Below, piece after piece: positions 1 through 9,242 of a stretch of DNA of 20,000 bases. The stretch covers positions 11,333,923-11,353,922 of the forward strand of contig NC_057719.1 of NCBI RefSeq assembly GCF_004010195.1. The letters run 5' to 3'. Position 1 is the stretch's first letter, and every line of letters starts with the position of its first letter. The DNA comes from Chiloscyllium plagiosum (Eukaryota). Below the pieces are notes generated by a model, which made no database searches, was not told where the DNA came from, and saw only the letters and a list, made by a program, of their open reading frames with translations. A program made the translations under genes and the position numbers.

Positions 1-1790
1 ATATTTTTCTACCTTACAAAGTAATCAGACACCAAATAACTTGAACAATTTTAATTAAAATTGGTCAATTTTGAGAGAGGCTGGATGCTTGTATAAAGAA
101 ACTGGACAGATCTTTTATTGACAGAATCAATAAGCAGCATTACCTCAAGGCGTATGATACATGATTATTTGGCAGAATAAATTGGGAAGCTCTGAAATGT
201 CAGAGTACCACATTTCAGATGTGATGTTAGTCCAAGACACCTGCACCTAGGATTAAAAGGTGCTATGTGTGTCAGGTTTCCTAGAATATGGCATGAACCA
301 CAGTTCAAAAGTACTTGATTATTGCCTGTAAAACACTTTGATACATCCTGAGTTGGTGCAAAGCACCATCTATCAAGACATCCACATTGTCTTGAAATCA
401 AGACAAATCACACAAACTCCTTCCCATTGTATAAGATAATTCAGCTGAAAGGGTTAACCTGGAACCTTTGAAATCGCTCCATCCACTGACATATAAATGG
501 GTGTCTCAGGGCGAAGCTAACCAATTTGTTGTTAGTCAGTTCAAAAGCCTACAGTGTGGTAGCAAGGCCTGGGTTACAATCTCTTGAGACAACAATATCT
601 CTTATTCAGTGTTTGTGTAGTTAACTGGACTTAAGTTAATGTGTCGTTCTGTCTTGCAATTATGTAATAATTTCTTGTTACTCAAGAATGTGCCGTCTCT
701 GCTTATCTTTCACCACTTAATGCTAGCAAACTCCGCAGACTAGTATTCCCAGAAGGATTGGTAAGCTACTCAAACAAAGTCTTAAGCAGAACCAAGTGCC
801 AACTGCAGGAATCATTTACAATACTTTCCCCTGACTGTAGAGTCTCTGCCTCCATCATCACTCCACTCTACAGCTTTGTAACTCAACCTTGTTGCATTGT
901 AATCGCTTGCACCCAAGTCTATCCCTTTTTCTGACATTCTTTCCAATCTTGAGAATCTTCAAGCATTCTAAACATGGGATTGTTGTTCTACATAAATAAA
1001 TAAGTTTTTTTTTATTTCAGTGGACGATTAACAACCTCTACATGAAAATTTGCAGTACAAATCAGTGCCACAGTGTACCTATTCACTCAGCAAGGAAAAC
1101 ATGAGTTCCCTGCAGGCCACTGACAAAGAATTGTGTTCACTGGTCGCGTAGCAAAGTGCTGAATGTTGTGTTTTTGCAGCGAAGGCACAGCAGTGCTAGA
1201 GTGAGCAGCACACACTGTGCTATTGTTGTGGGGAATCAATATATCATCAGCAACCATCAAACAGAAGGGGGCTGAAGCCACGGAGGTGATGCACAGCGAC
1301 AGCAAGCAGACAGCCAGGTTTCTGATAACCATGGTGTAAGAATGGATGCTCCGAGACCCACATTTCACACACCCTACCTGTGCTCAAAGCCCTTTTTGTT
1401 AATTGTGTTGGAAACATTTTGCTTCTTTGGAAGATGCAGAAGCTTTAAAAAGGGGTTGCATGTTCATATAAACAAAAAAAAATTGGCAATATTTTATTGG
1501 TAAAACACAACTAAAAGCAGCATCCCCACAAGGAATGTGGTGCACGGTATTATCTCCAGCAAACGCTGAAGGATTTCTTGTGCATTGTTAAATAGATACC
1601 ATACCATAGACAGAATGTAATGCCCTCGCCCATGACAGGTTTGGTGGCTGTTAGGCATATAACCAGGCCCCTAATTGGCCAGTAGATTTCATTTTTCCAC
1701 CCCAAGAGTCCTTCATCCAAAGGAAAGACCCCGTTAAGTGCCTAATTGCCTCTTAATGTTGTAGGCCTTCCCAAAACTAAGATTACAGTG

Positions 1791-2121
1791 GATTAGATTA
1801 GACTCCCTATAATATGGAAACAGGCCATTTGGTCCAACAAGTCCACACTGACCCTCCGAAGAGTAACCCACCCAGACCATTCCCCCACCTTATATTTACC
1901 CTTACTAATGCACCTAACACTGTGGGCAATTTAGCATGGCCAATTCACCTAACCTGCACATCTTCGGACTGTGTGAGGAAACCAGAGCACCTGGAGTAAA
2001 CCCACGCTGACACAAGGAGAATGTGCAAACTCCACACAAACGGTCCCCCGAGGCGGGAATTAAACCCGGGTCCCTGGTGCTGTGAGGCAGCAGTGCTAAC
2101 CACTGAGCCACCATGCCGGCC
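1791..2121 (-). mobile_element. HE1-type tRNA-derived V-SINE, full length
   Basis: Minus strand has A box TGGCTCAGTGG, B box GGTTTAATTCC, a central V-domain (TGTGTGGAGTTTGCACATTCTCC...GGTTTCCTC), a HER1/CR1-like 3' end and a (TCTAA)n tail. Aligns by eye with the copy at 10543-10856. Confidence 0.92.
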
Positions 2122-2214
2122 ATGCGAATACAGGACTCTCACTAGCTTTCTCACCAAGACTGCCTTCCCTAGCATGAAATTAAAAATTTAATTTATATTC
2201 ATTAGAGGTCTTGA

Positions 2215-2420
2215 TTTTAAGCGCTCCGCCAGTAATGATCTCTTAAACTCCCTCCTTAATTCTCTCAACCTCCACTTCTTCTATTAAGGCACTCCATAAT
2301 CCCATCTCTTTGAACAAGCTATTGTCATCTGTCCAACATTTCTTTACGTAGCTGGATGTCAAATTTAGTAAGATAATGAGTTTGTGAAATTCCTTGGACG
2401 TATTACCATGTCAGTTTTCG
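2215..2420 (+). mobile_element. Old L2-clade LINE 3' end fragment
   Basis: Degenerate AACTCCCTCCTTAA...CTCTTTGAACAAGCT...TGTGAAATTCCTTGGAC resembles fish/shark L2 3' ends; recall only. Confidence 0.45.
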
Positions 2421-2435
2421 TGTATTTTTATCATG

Positions 2436-2780
2436 TGTCCAGCTTTAGTTCAACTAATACCACACTTGGCTCGGAACCACAAAGTTCTGGGTTCAAGTCT
2501 CGTTTCAGTACTTCACGCTAACGCCGAACTGCAGTTTTTCTCATGACGAATCAAACCAACTCCCATCTGCTTACTCGGTGGGGTATAAAAGAAAACAGAC
2601 ACTACTTCAAACAAGAGCAGGGAAGTTGAGTTGCCTCTTGGCCATGTCTGTATCTCAACCAAAAACAAACATCTTGTTGCTCATGGGGATTTGTTGAGTG
2701 CACAGTTACTGTGGACACTTCCTAAATAAAACTATCATGACCCACTTGGAAAGGTGCGCTGATTCTTGAGTGTCAAGTGT
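2436..2780 (+). mobile_element. Degenerate Deu-domain SINE (SacSINE1-like)
   Basis: B-box-like GGGTTCAAGTC followed by decayed Deu-domain words (TAAAAGA...CACTACTTCAAACAAGAGCAGGGAAGTT...TGGCCA...CTCAACCAA); collinear with 12652-13040. Confidence 0.6.
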
Positions 2781-2875
2781 CACAGAAGTAAACATATTTA
2801 ATCAAACTACTCAAAGTCCACAATCTTCCAGTCTAGTGAATTTAGGTTAATAGAAAACACTAGACATTAATGCAG

Positions 2876-2987
2876 GATAAAAGCAAACTGACAAAGGGTC
2901 AGTTAGACTCGAAACGTCAGCTCTTTTCTCTCCTTACAGATGCTGCCAGACCTGCTGAGATTTTCCAGCATTTTCTCTTTTCGTTTC
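2876..2987 (+). mobile_element. Penelope-derived mini-element (pLTR fragment) with 14-bp TSD
   Basis: Flanked by AGACATTAATGCAG at 2862-2875 and 2988-3001. Body is the near reverse complement of 3345-3446. The first 12 nt (GATAAAAGCAAA) match the extreme terminus at 3316-3326 in the opposite orientation to the body. Confidence 0.88.
2888..2922 (+). ncRNA. Minimal hammerhead ribozyme-like motif, 5'-truncated (C3/A8 mismatch)
   Basis: CTGACAA-A-GGGTC-agtta-GACTC-GAAAC-GTC-AGCT. Stem II pairs fully (one G-U); the 5' strand of stem I is lost at the junction. Confidence 0.55.
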
Positions 2988-3315
2988 AGACATTAATGCA
3001 GCTTCTGCATTTATCAAGAAACTACTGGTTTATTAGAAATAAATCAATCCTAATCACAGATAAACAAATGATTGAAAGAGGTGCTCTTTTGTTTTTTGAG
3101 TCTTTGTGATCTCTAACTTTCATTCCAAGTCCACTCAGTTCTTTATTGAAGACGCATGGCAATTGTCACACCAATTATTCACTGCCTGAGTTAGAATCAG
3201 CAATTTACAAGCACATGGTGAGCAAAAATAGTAAGCTATCTTCTAATTCTTTGTGATGTCTCTGCAATGACAGGATGTTGTCTTTTTATAGAGCTTTATT
3301 ACATTCTTCTTTTAA

Positions 3316-4020
3316 ATAAAAGCAAATTACTACGGATGCTGGAATCTGAAATCAAAAGAGAAAATGCCGGAAAATCTCAGTAGATCTGGCAGCATCTGTA
3401 AGGAGAGAAAAGAGCTGACGTTTCGTGTCTAACTGATCCTTTGTCAAAGCTAAAAAAAGGGAGAAAGAGGGAGGTATTTATACTAGGCTGAGAAAAGGTG
3501 AGTCATGGCTCCAGAAGCAAAGGTAGCAATAAAGAGGTGACAATGACAGTGCATAGAGAGATTATAGGGAAATTAGGAGCTGTGAATGACCAAGGCTGAA
3601 GCCAATGCTATGGGGCAAAAATATGTGGGGAATGGGTGAAGCAGAGGCAAAATGGAAAACAGGGGAGAAGAGCAGCAAAAGAGGAAGAGGAAAGGAAAAA
3701 GGTGATGAGAGAGTGGGGAGCGAGAGAAAGAGAGACAATCAAGAAATAAGAGGTACAGGACAGTGAAAAAAATATTTTAAAAATGAAATAAAATTACGGA
3801 GCAGAATGAAAACAGAGGAGTCGAGATGGGATAATCATGTGAAGTTGTTGAATTCAATGTTGAGACCGGCAGGCTGTAACGTGCTTAGTCGGAAGATGAG
3901 ATGCTGTTCCTCCAGTTTGCATTGAGCTTCACTGGAACATTGCAGCAGGCCAAGGACAGACATGTGGGCATGGGAGCAGGAGTGTGTGTTGAAGTGGCAA
4001 GCCACGGGAAGGTCCAGGAC
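3316..4020 (-). mobile_element. Penelope-like element, 5'-truncated: endonuclease C-terminus, pyrimidine-rich 3' UTR and pLTR end
   Basis: Minus strand 4017-3835 translates as LDLPVACHFNTHSCSHAHMSVLGLLQCSSEAQCKLEEQHLIFRLSTLQPAGLNIEFNNFT*, typical of the C-terminus of a PLE GIY-YIG domain. A CT-rich tract and a hammerhead-bearing terminus follow. Confidence 0.9.
3413..3451 (-). ncRNA. Minimal type I hammerhead motif with U3-A8 variant core
   Basis: Minus strand AGCT-TTGACAA-A-GGATC-agtta-GACAC-GAAAC-GTC-AGCT. Stem I is AGCT/AGCT; stem II has two mismatches in this copy. Confidence 0.6.
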
Positions 4021-4092
4021 CTAATTGTATTCTTCTTTTGTTCAATTAACTTCGGTCTCTTCATTAAAAGTACATTCGAAGCCTCGAAAGTG

Positions 4093-4168
4093 CTCGAAAC
4101 GTCCACTCTCCTGCTCTATGGATGTTGCCTGACCAGCTGTGCTTTTCTAGCACCACACTTTTCAACTA
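4093..4168 (+). mobile_element. Penelope pLTR 3' fragment (same family as 8957-9125)
   Basis: CTCGAAACGTCCACTCTCCTGCTCTATGGATGTTGCCTGACCAGCTGTGCTTTTCTAGCACCACACTTTTCAACT aligns with 9053-9126. Confidence 0.8.
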
Positions 4169-4491
4169 GGTGTATAACAGCCTGGGTACAGCAACTGCTC
4201 TGCCCAGGACCAGAAGAAACTACAGAGGGTTGTGTGCACAGTCCTCACCATGATGGAAGCCAACCTTCCATCCATGGACTCCATTTACACACCCTGTTCC
4301 TGTGGAAAGGCTGCCAACATCACTAAAGAGCCATCACACCTTGGCAATGCACTCCTATAACCTCTTTCATCAGGCAGAAGATACAGAAGTTTGACCACTT
4401 GCACCAGCAGGTTCAAGAACAGCTTCTCGCTGGCCATTATTAAACTGATGAATGGACTCTCTAACTTTAAATAATGCTTACTTTGCTAATG

Positions 4492-4751
4492 CAAGGTTTG
4501 TGAAGGTTTGTAGCTCAGGTTGAGGTTTAGGGTGTAGGTTTGCTCGCTGAGCTGTAGGTTTGATATCCAGACGTTTCGTTATCTGGCTAGGTAACATAAT
4601 ATCTTATATAGATATCTTATATAGATATAAATAGAAAGCAGGAGACAACAGCTTCGCTTCACTTGGAGGTCGCCACTGATGATTTTACCTAGCCAGGTCA
4701 TGAAACGTCTGGATGTCAAACCTACAGCTCAGCGAGCAAACCTACACCCTA
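4492..4751. mobile_element. Inverted-repeat Penelope-derived mini-element with 14-bp TSD
   Basis: TSD TTACTTTGCTAATG at 4478-4491 and 4752-4765. About 70-bp inverted arms at 4528-4597 and 4682-4751. The sense half resembles the Penelope terminus at 16497-16606. Confidence 0.9.
4673..4712 (+). ncRNA. Minimal type I hammerhead motif
   Basis: CCA-CTGATGA-T-TTTACCT-agcc-AGGTCAT-GAAAC-GTC-TGG. Canonical core and 3-bp stem I; the base of stem II is mutated relative to the antisense arm (GTTACCT...ATAAC). Confidence 0.6.
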
Positions 4752-5060
4752 TTACTTTGCTAATGTTGATCTTGCCTTGCGCATGCCTCTATCCAAGTTT
4801 TTTATTCATCCTATGATCTATATAGGAGCTTGATTACTATGATCTGTTTGTATTGTTTGTAAACAAAACTTTTCACGGTACTTAGGTACATAAAACAATA
4901 AATCAAACAACTGGGTGAGCGGAAAGCAGAATAATGATGCTAGAAATTTCAAATGGAAACAGAAAAGGCAGGCACAAGCTCAACGCAGAAACAGAGGTTA
5001 GCCAATACTGAAATAGCCAAGTTAAAAGATCCACTTCCTTTCCAAAAGCATTGAGCCCAA

Positions 5061-5180
5061 ATTCATTTTTTATTCACTTGCGGGACATGGGCATCACTGG
5101 CTGGGCTGGCATTTATTGCCCATCCATTGTTGGCTTTGAGAAGGTGGTGGTGAGCTGCCTTCTTGAACTGTTGCAGTACA
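5061..5180 (-). mobile_element. CR1/L2-group LINE 3' terminus (second family)
   Basis: Reverse complement reads CTGCAACAGTTCAAGAAGGCAGCTCACCACCACCTTCTCAA...GGATGGGCAATAAATGCCAGCC...GTGAATAAAAAAA. Matches 9400-9460 and the tail of the SINE at 6192-6545. Confidence 0.75.
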
Positions 5181-5255
5181 CCAACCTAACCCCACCTCCA
5201 TCCCAGCCCACTCACCCAGTACCCGCTTAGAAACAGAGCTCATAAAACCTACACT

Positions 5256-5593
5256 GTCATAGTCATAGAGTCATATAGATGTACAGCATGGAAACAGACC
5301 CTTCGGTCCAACCCATCCATGCCGACCAGACATCCCAACCCAATCTAGTCCCACCTGCCAGCACCCGGCCATATTCCTCCAAACCCTTCCTATTCATATA
5401 CCCATCCAAATGCCTCTTCAGTGTTGCAATTGTATCAGCCTCCACCACATCCTCTGGCAGCTCACTCCATACACGTATCACCTTCTGCGTGAAAAAGCTG
5501 TCCCTTAGGTCCCTTTAATATCTTTCCCCTCTCACCCTAAACCTATGCCCTCTAGTTTTGGACTCCCCAACCCCAGGGAAAAGACTTTGTCTG
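5256..5593 (-). mobile_element. HER1/CR1 LINE 3' end
   Basis: ORF 5263-5481 RVWSELPEDVVEADTIATLKRHLDGYM is the CR1 ORF2 C-terminus; (CTATGA)-type microsatellite tail. Confidence 0.92.
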
Positions 5594-5799
5594 TCCTTTG
5601 AAAGTTAATGAAAGGCTCATACATAAACAAACAAACACCAGAAGGACCAATGTCAGAAGCGAATAAATCTGTCAAAAAAATCAAATTCACATACTTTATG
5701 AGAGCTGAATAAACAAAATTTACAAAAATAACTGGAATTTTTGAAGGTCGCCAAAAGCTCATGCATCTGTTAAAACTTACAAATAGACAAAAAAAAAGA

Positions 5800-6600
5800 C
5801 GGCATTGATTTGCAAAAAAATGCAATTAATAGCACAAACAGAGGTTACAGGGTATGATCTTATAGCCATTACAAAAACGTGGTTACAAGGAGATCAAAAT
5901 TGGGAACTGAACATTTAGGGGTACGTGAGTATTTGAAAGCACAGGCAGGGAGGAAAGGGTGGCAGAATGGCTTTGTTAGCACAGACTGGATTGAGTAAGA
6001 TAGCAAGAAACTATCTTGGACCAGATGATATAGAATCCTTATTGTTGGAGATAAGAAACAAAAAGAAGACGAGACACCAGTGGGACTGCTCTACAGACAG
6101 CCAAATAGTAGGTATTCGGTAGGACAGGGAATAAATCAAGATATAATAAGGGCATGTGAAAATGCAGTATCAGCGTGACTTAAGCCTCCATGGGAAGGTG
6201 ACGGCCTCGTGGCATTATCAATGGACTATTCATCCAGAGACCCAGTTAATTCCAGAGAACCTGGGTTAGAACCATACCACAACAGTTGGTGGAATTTGAA
6301 TTCAATAAACATTTGGAATTAAGAATCTAACAATGATCATGAATCCATCGTTGATTGTCGGAAAAACTTGTCTGATTCACTGATGTCCTTTAGGGAAGGA
6401 GAAACGGTTGTCTTTACCTGGTCTGGCCTACACTGACTCCACACCCACATGGTGACTCTTAACATCCCTCTGGACAATTAGGGATGGGTAATTAATGCTG
6501 GCTTAGCTGGTGAGGCCCTCATCTCATGAATGAATGAAAAAAAAATTGTGAAAATTGAATTGGCAAAGATAGCCATGAGGAAGAATTCCTGAGGATGTCA
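5800..6600 (+). mobile_element. Decayed CR1 LINE ORF2 endonuclease region, split by a SINE
   Basis: LIAQTEVTGYDLIAITKTWLQGDQNWELNI*GY...RQGGKGG fits the APE endonuclease motifs (IAITETWL, GGGV). Resumes after 6545 with IGKDSHEEEFL. Confidence 0.8.
6192..6545 (+). mobile_element. tRNA-derived SINE with CR1/L2-group tail
   Basis: Degenerate A/B boxes, central TTCACTGATGTCCTTTAGGGAAGG...CCTGGTCTGGCCTACA, and tail GGACAATTAGGGATGGGTAATTAATGCTGGC...TGAATGAATGAAAAAAAAA shared with 5061-5180. Confidence 0.8.
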
Positions 6601-6615
6601 TTCATCCTGGAAAAA

Positions 6616-6726
6616 ATTTGGATGCATATGGACCAGGAGCCGACAGGCAGGACTAGTTTAGTTTGGGATTATGTTTGGCATTTACCATTTGGACCGAAGG
6701 GTCTGTTTCCATGCTGTATGACTCCA
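6616..6726 (+). mobile_element. Short HER1/CR1 3' terminus
   Basis: GGACCGAAGGGTCTGTTTCCATGCTGTATGACTC matches the termini at 5256-5310 and 14795-14845. Confidence 0.85.
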
Positions 6727-6759
6727 AAATGAAGTTACAGGATTCATTGAGAGATGATG

Positions 6760-6937
6760 TCTGGAACCTGCAGAGATGGAGAAGGAAATGTACAAGCCTA
6801 CAAACGGTCCATGTACCCAAGGCTTCACTTGCCCCACCAAGCCTGCAGATTGTACATTTGACTTATTGGCCATCTCAGAACCCATTGTACTAGGGTGGAA
6901 GCAAGTCATCCTCAATCCGATGGGACTGCCTAAGAAG
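6760..6937 (+). mobile_element. RTE-clade LINE 3' end
   Basis: Decayed C-terminal zinc-finger-like segment (CP...CRLYI*LIGHLRTH) followed by GTGGAAGCAAGTCATCCTCAATCCGATGGGACTGCCTAAGAAG; recall only. Confidence 0.6.
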
Positions 6938-6939
6938 TG

Positions 6940-7052
6940 ATCACATTTACACTGGTGTTCTCTGTGGGATGTTAATGTGAGCAAATTAGCCACTTACATA
7001 TTGTGACAATATTTAAAGAGATAATCATGGGCGTGAAGTACTTTGCAGTGTA
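6940..7052 (+). mobile_element. Degenerate Deu-SINE 3' half
   Basis: CTGTGGGATGTTAATGTGAGCAAATTAGCC...GTGAAGTACTTTG resembles 12930-13030. Confidence 0.45.
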
Positions 7053-7166
7053 GGCTTCCTAATTTTTTATGCAGCTTCCATTTATACAATACAGAGGCGT
7101 TGGTGCTAAATTAAAAGCTGTGATTTGTGTATTTCCGATGGAAGGAAAAGGATGGGGAAAAGAAAG

Positions 7167-7174
7167 TGACGTCA
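7167..7174. promoter_or_regulatory. Full palindromic CRE motif
   Basis: TGACGTCA with an intact CpG in repeat-free sequence; motif match only. Confidence 0.25.
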
Positions 7175-8956
7175 AAGAGGGAGGAAAATTAAATAAAAAG
7201 ACTTTTACCCCTCAAAGATGACATATACCTGACAAATCACCTTAACATGAAGGAAAGGTGCTGCTCAACTTTCTGCATTGTTAGCAGTGCCATCACCAGG
7301 TTGCTGCAGAAAGTGCAGCTCCTGCTGATCAACTGTATCAAGTTCACATTAACTTTGATTTTCTAGTGCTCTATTTGGCTTCATCATAACAGTACAATCT
7401 ATTAGTCAACTTAAAAGTTCCCAGTATGTACAAGATGTCTAATTTACTGGCAATCAAATACAAACTGTTTCTCAGCACGTCTGCAGTGCCACTACTGATT
7501 GTTCCACAACCTTAAGTAAAGCATTATTGTAAATCTCAGGAATGGAAACTATACTTAATTTCCTAAAAGAAATTAATAAAGCAGACAAAATGACATGAGC
7601 TCTTGACTACTAGAAATGAGTTACAGGCTAAAATCTACTTGAAGTTTCAGATTAATTAGCACCTCATCCACAAATATTCCACTCCCTCCATCACAGGCGA
7701 CCAGTAAGCTTAACATCTGTGGTGGGTAAGTTACTTGAGAATATTCTGAGGGATAAGATATACATGCAATTGGAAAAGACAGGGTTTGATTAGCGCATGG
7801 CTTTGTGAGTGGGAGATCATGTCTCACAAATTTGTTAGAGTTTTTTGATGAAGTGACTAAGAAGGTTGACGAAGGCAGGGCTGTAGACATAGTCTATGTA
7901 GATTTCAGTAAAGCCTTTCATAAGGTTCTACATGGTGAGCTGCTCTGGAAGGTTAGATGACATGGAATCTAAGGCGAGCTGGTAAATTGAGTACAAAGTT
8001 GGCTTGTTGGGAGGAAGCAGAGAGTAATAGTGGAATGTTGCTTGTCAGACTGGAAGCCTGTGACTAGCGGAGTGCCTCAGGGGGTTGGTGCTGGGCCCAT
8101 TACTGTTTGCTATCTAAATCATTGATTTGGGTGAGAATGTACAAGGCATGATTAGCAAGTTTGCTGATGACACTAAAATTGGCGGTATCCTTGGCAGCGA
8201 GGAAAGTTATCAGAAATTGCAGCAGGATCTTGATCAGCTGGGGAAGTTGACCTAAAAATGGTAAATGGAGTTTAATGTAGATAAGTGTGAGGTCTTGCAT
8301 TTTGGAAAGTCAAATCAGGTAGGAGTTTTATGGTGAATGGTAGGGCCTTAAGAAGTGTAGTGGAACAGAGGGATCTTGGAGTTCATGGTTCTCTGAAAGT
8401 GGAGTCACAGGTAGACAGGGCAGTGAAGAAGGCTTTTGGCGTACTGGCCTTCATGAGTCAGGGCATTGAGTATAGAAGTTGGGAAGTTATGTTGCAGTTA
8501 TACTGGACATTGGCGAGGCCACACTTGGAGTATTGTATTCAGTTTTGGTCACCTTGCTATCGGAAGGATGTTATTAAACTGCAGAATGCAGAAGAAATTT
8601 ACAAGGATGTTGTCAGGACTCAATGGTCTGAGTTATAGGGAGAGGTTAGACAACCAGGACTTTTTTTCTTTAGAATATAGGAGACTGAGAGGCATATAAG
8701 ATCATGATAGGCATGGATAGGTTGAATGCACTCAGTCTTTTTCCCAGTGTTGAGGAATTGAGGACTAGAGGGCATCAGTTTAAGGTTAAAGGGGAAAGAT
8801 TAAAACTGAACCTGAGGGGCAACCTTTTTTTAAACACAGAGGGTGGTATGCATATGGAATGAGCTGTCAGCGGAAGTGGTTGAGGCGGGTATATTAACAA
8901 TATTTAAAAGGAACTTGGACAAATATATGGATAGGAAAGGATTAGAAAGATATGGG

Positions 8957-9125
8957 GAGAAAGTGAGGTCTGCAGATGCTGGAGATCAGAGCTGAAAATG
9001 TGTTGCTGGAAAAGCGCAGCAGGTCAGGCAGCATCCTGAAGAAGGGCTTATGCCCGAAACGTCGATTCTCCTGTTTCCTGGATGCTGCCTGGCCTGCTGC
9101 GCTTTTCCAGCAACACATTTTCAGC
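8957..9125. mobile_element. Inverted-repeat Penelope-derived mini-element with 15-bp TSD, nested in HER1
   Basis: TSD TTAGAAAGATATGGG at 8942-8956 and 9126-9140. Near-perfect ~47-bp inverted arms (8990-9036 and about 9079-9126) enclose a hammerhead motif. Confidence 0.93.
9033..9066 (+). ncRNA. Minimal type I hammerhead motif, intact core
   Basis: ATC-CTGAAGA-A-GGGC-ttat-GCCC-GAAAC-GTC-GAT. Canonical CUGANGA/GAAA/UH, perfect 4-bp stem II, 3-bp stem I. Confidence 0.7.
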
Positions 9126-9242
9126 TTAGAAAGATATGGGCCAAGTGCAGGGAAATGGGGTTCGCATGGATGGACATTTTGGTTGGCATGGACCAGTTAG
9201 GGCCAAAGGGCCTGTCTCCGTGCTGTAGGACTCTATGACAAT

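Larger units (their letters stand above)
4169..4910 (+). mobile_element. Rex1/Babar-type LINE 3' end, interrupted by a Penelope palindrome
   Basis: Frameshifted translation CITAW-YSNCSAQDQKKLQRVV...LPSMDSIY...KAANITKEPSH...SGRRYRSL...SRFKNSF matches the Rex1/Babar ORF C-terminus. The 3' UTR ends ACTTTTCACGGTACTTAGGTAC...ACAATAAATCAAAC. Confidence 0.82.
7693..9239 (+). mobile_element. HER1/CR1 LINE, 5'-truncated reverse transcriptase pseudogene and 3' UTR
   Basis: RPVSLTSVVGKLLE, HGFVSGRSCLTNLLEFF, VYVDFSKAF, SGVPQG, KFADDTK (FADD at 8160-8171), MEFNVDKCEVLHFG and RPHLEYCIQFWSP, with multiple stops and frameshifts; ends GACTCTATGAC. Confidence 0.96.

Noticed and set aside
1378..1443. Possible minus-strand ~65-nt exon (TTTTTAAAG / GTAGGG)
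   Set aside because: Moderate splice sites, no recognisable product and no supporting neighbouring exons.
1600..1790. Possible decayed DNA-transposon-like sequence around the HE1 insertion
   Set aside because: No terminal inverted repeats or TSD could be defined.
1814..2175. Three overlapping ORFs and a tRNA-like head
   Set aside because: All lie mostly within the HE1 SINE; the head is a SINE promoter, not a tRNA gene.
3901..4326. 141-aa ORF, the longest in the track
   Set aside because: Chimeric read-through of antisense Penelope, a pLTR fragment and off-frame Rex1/Babar sequence.
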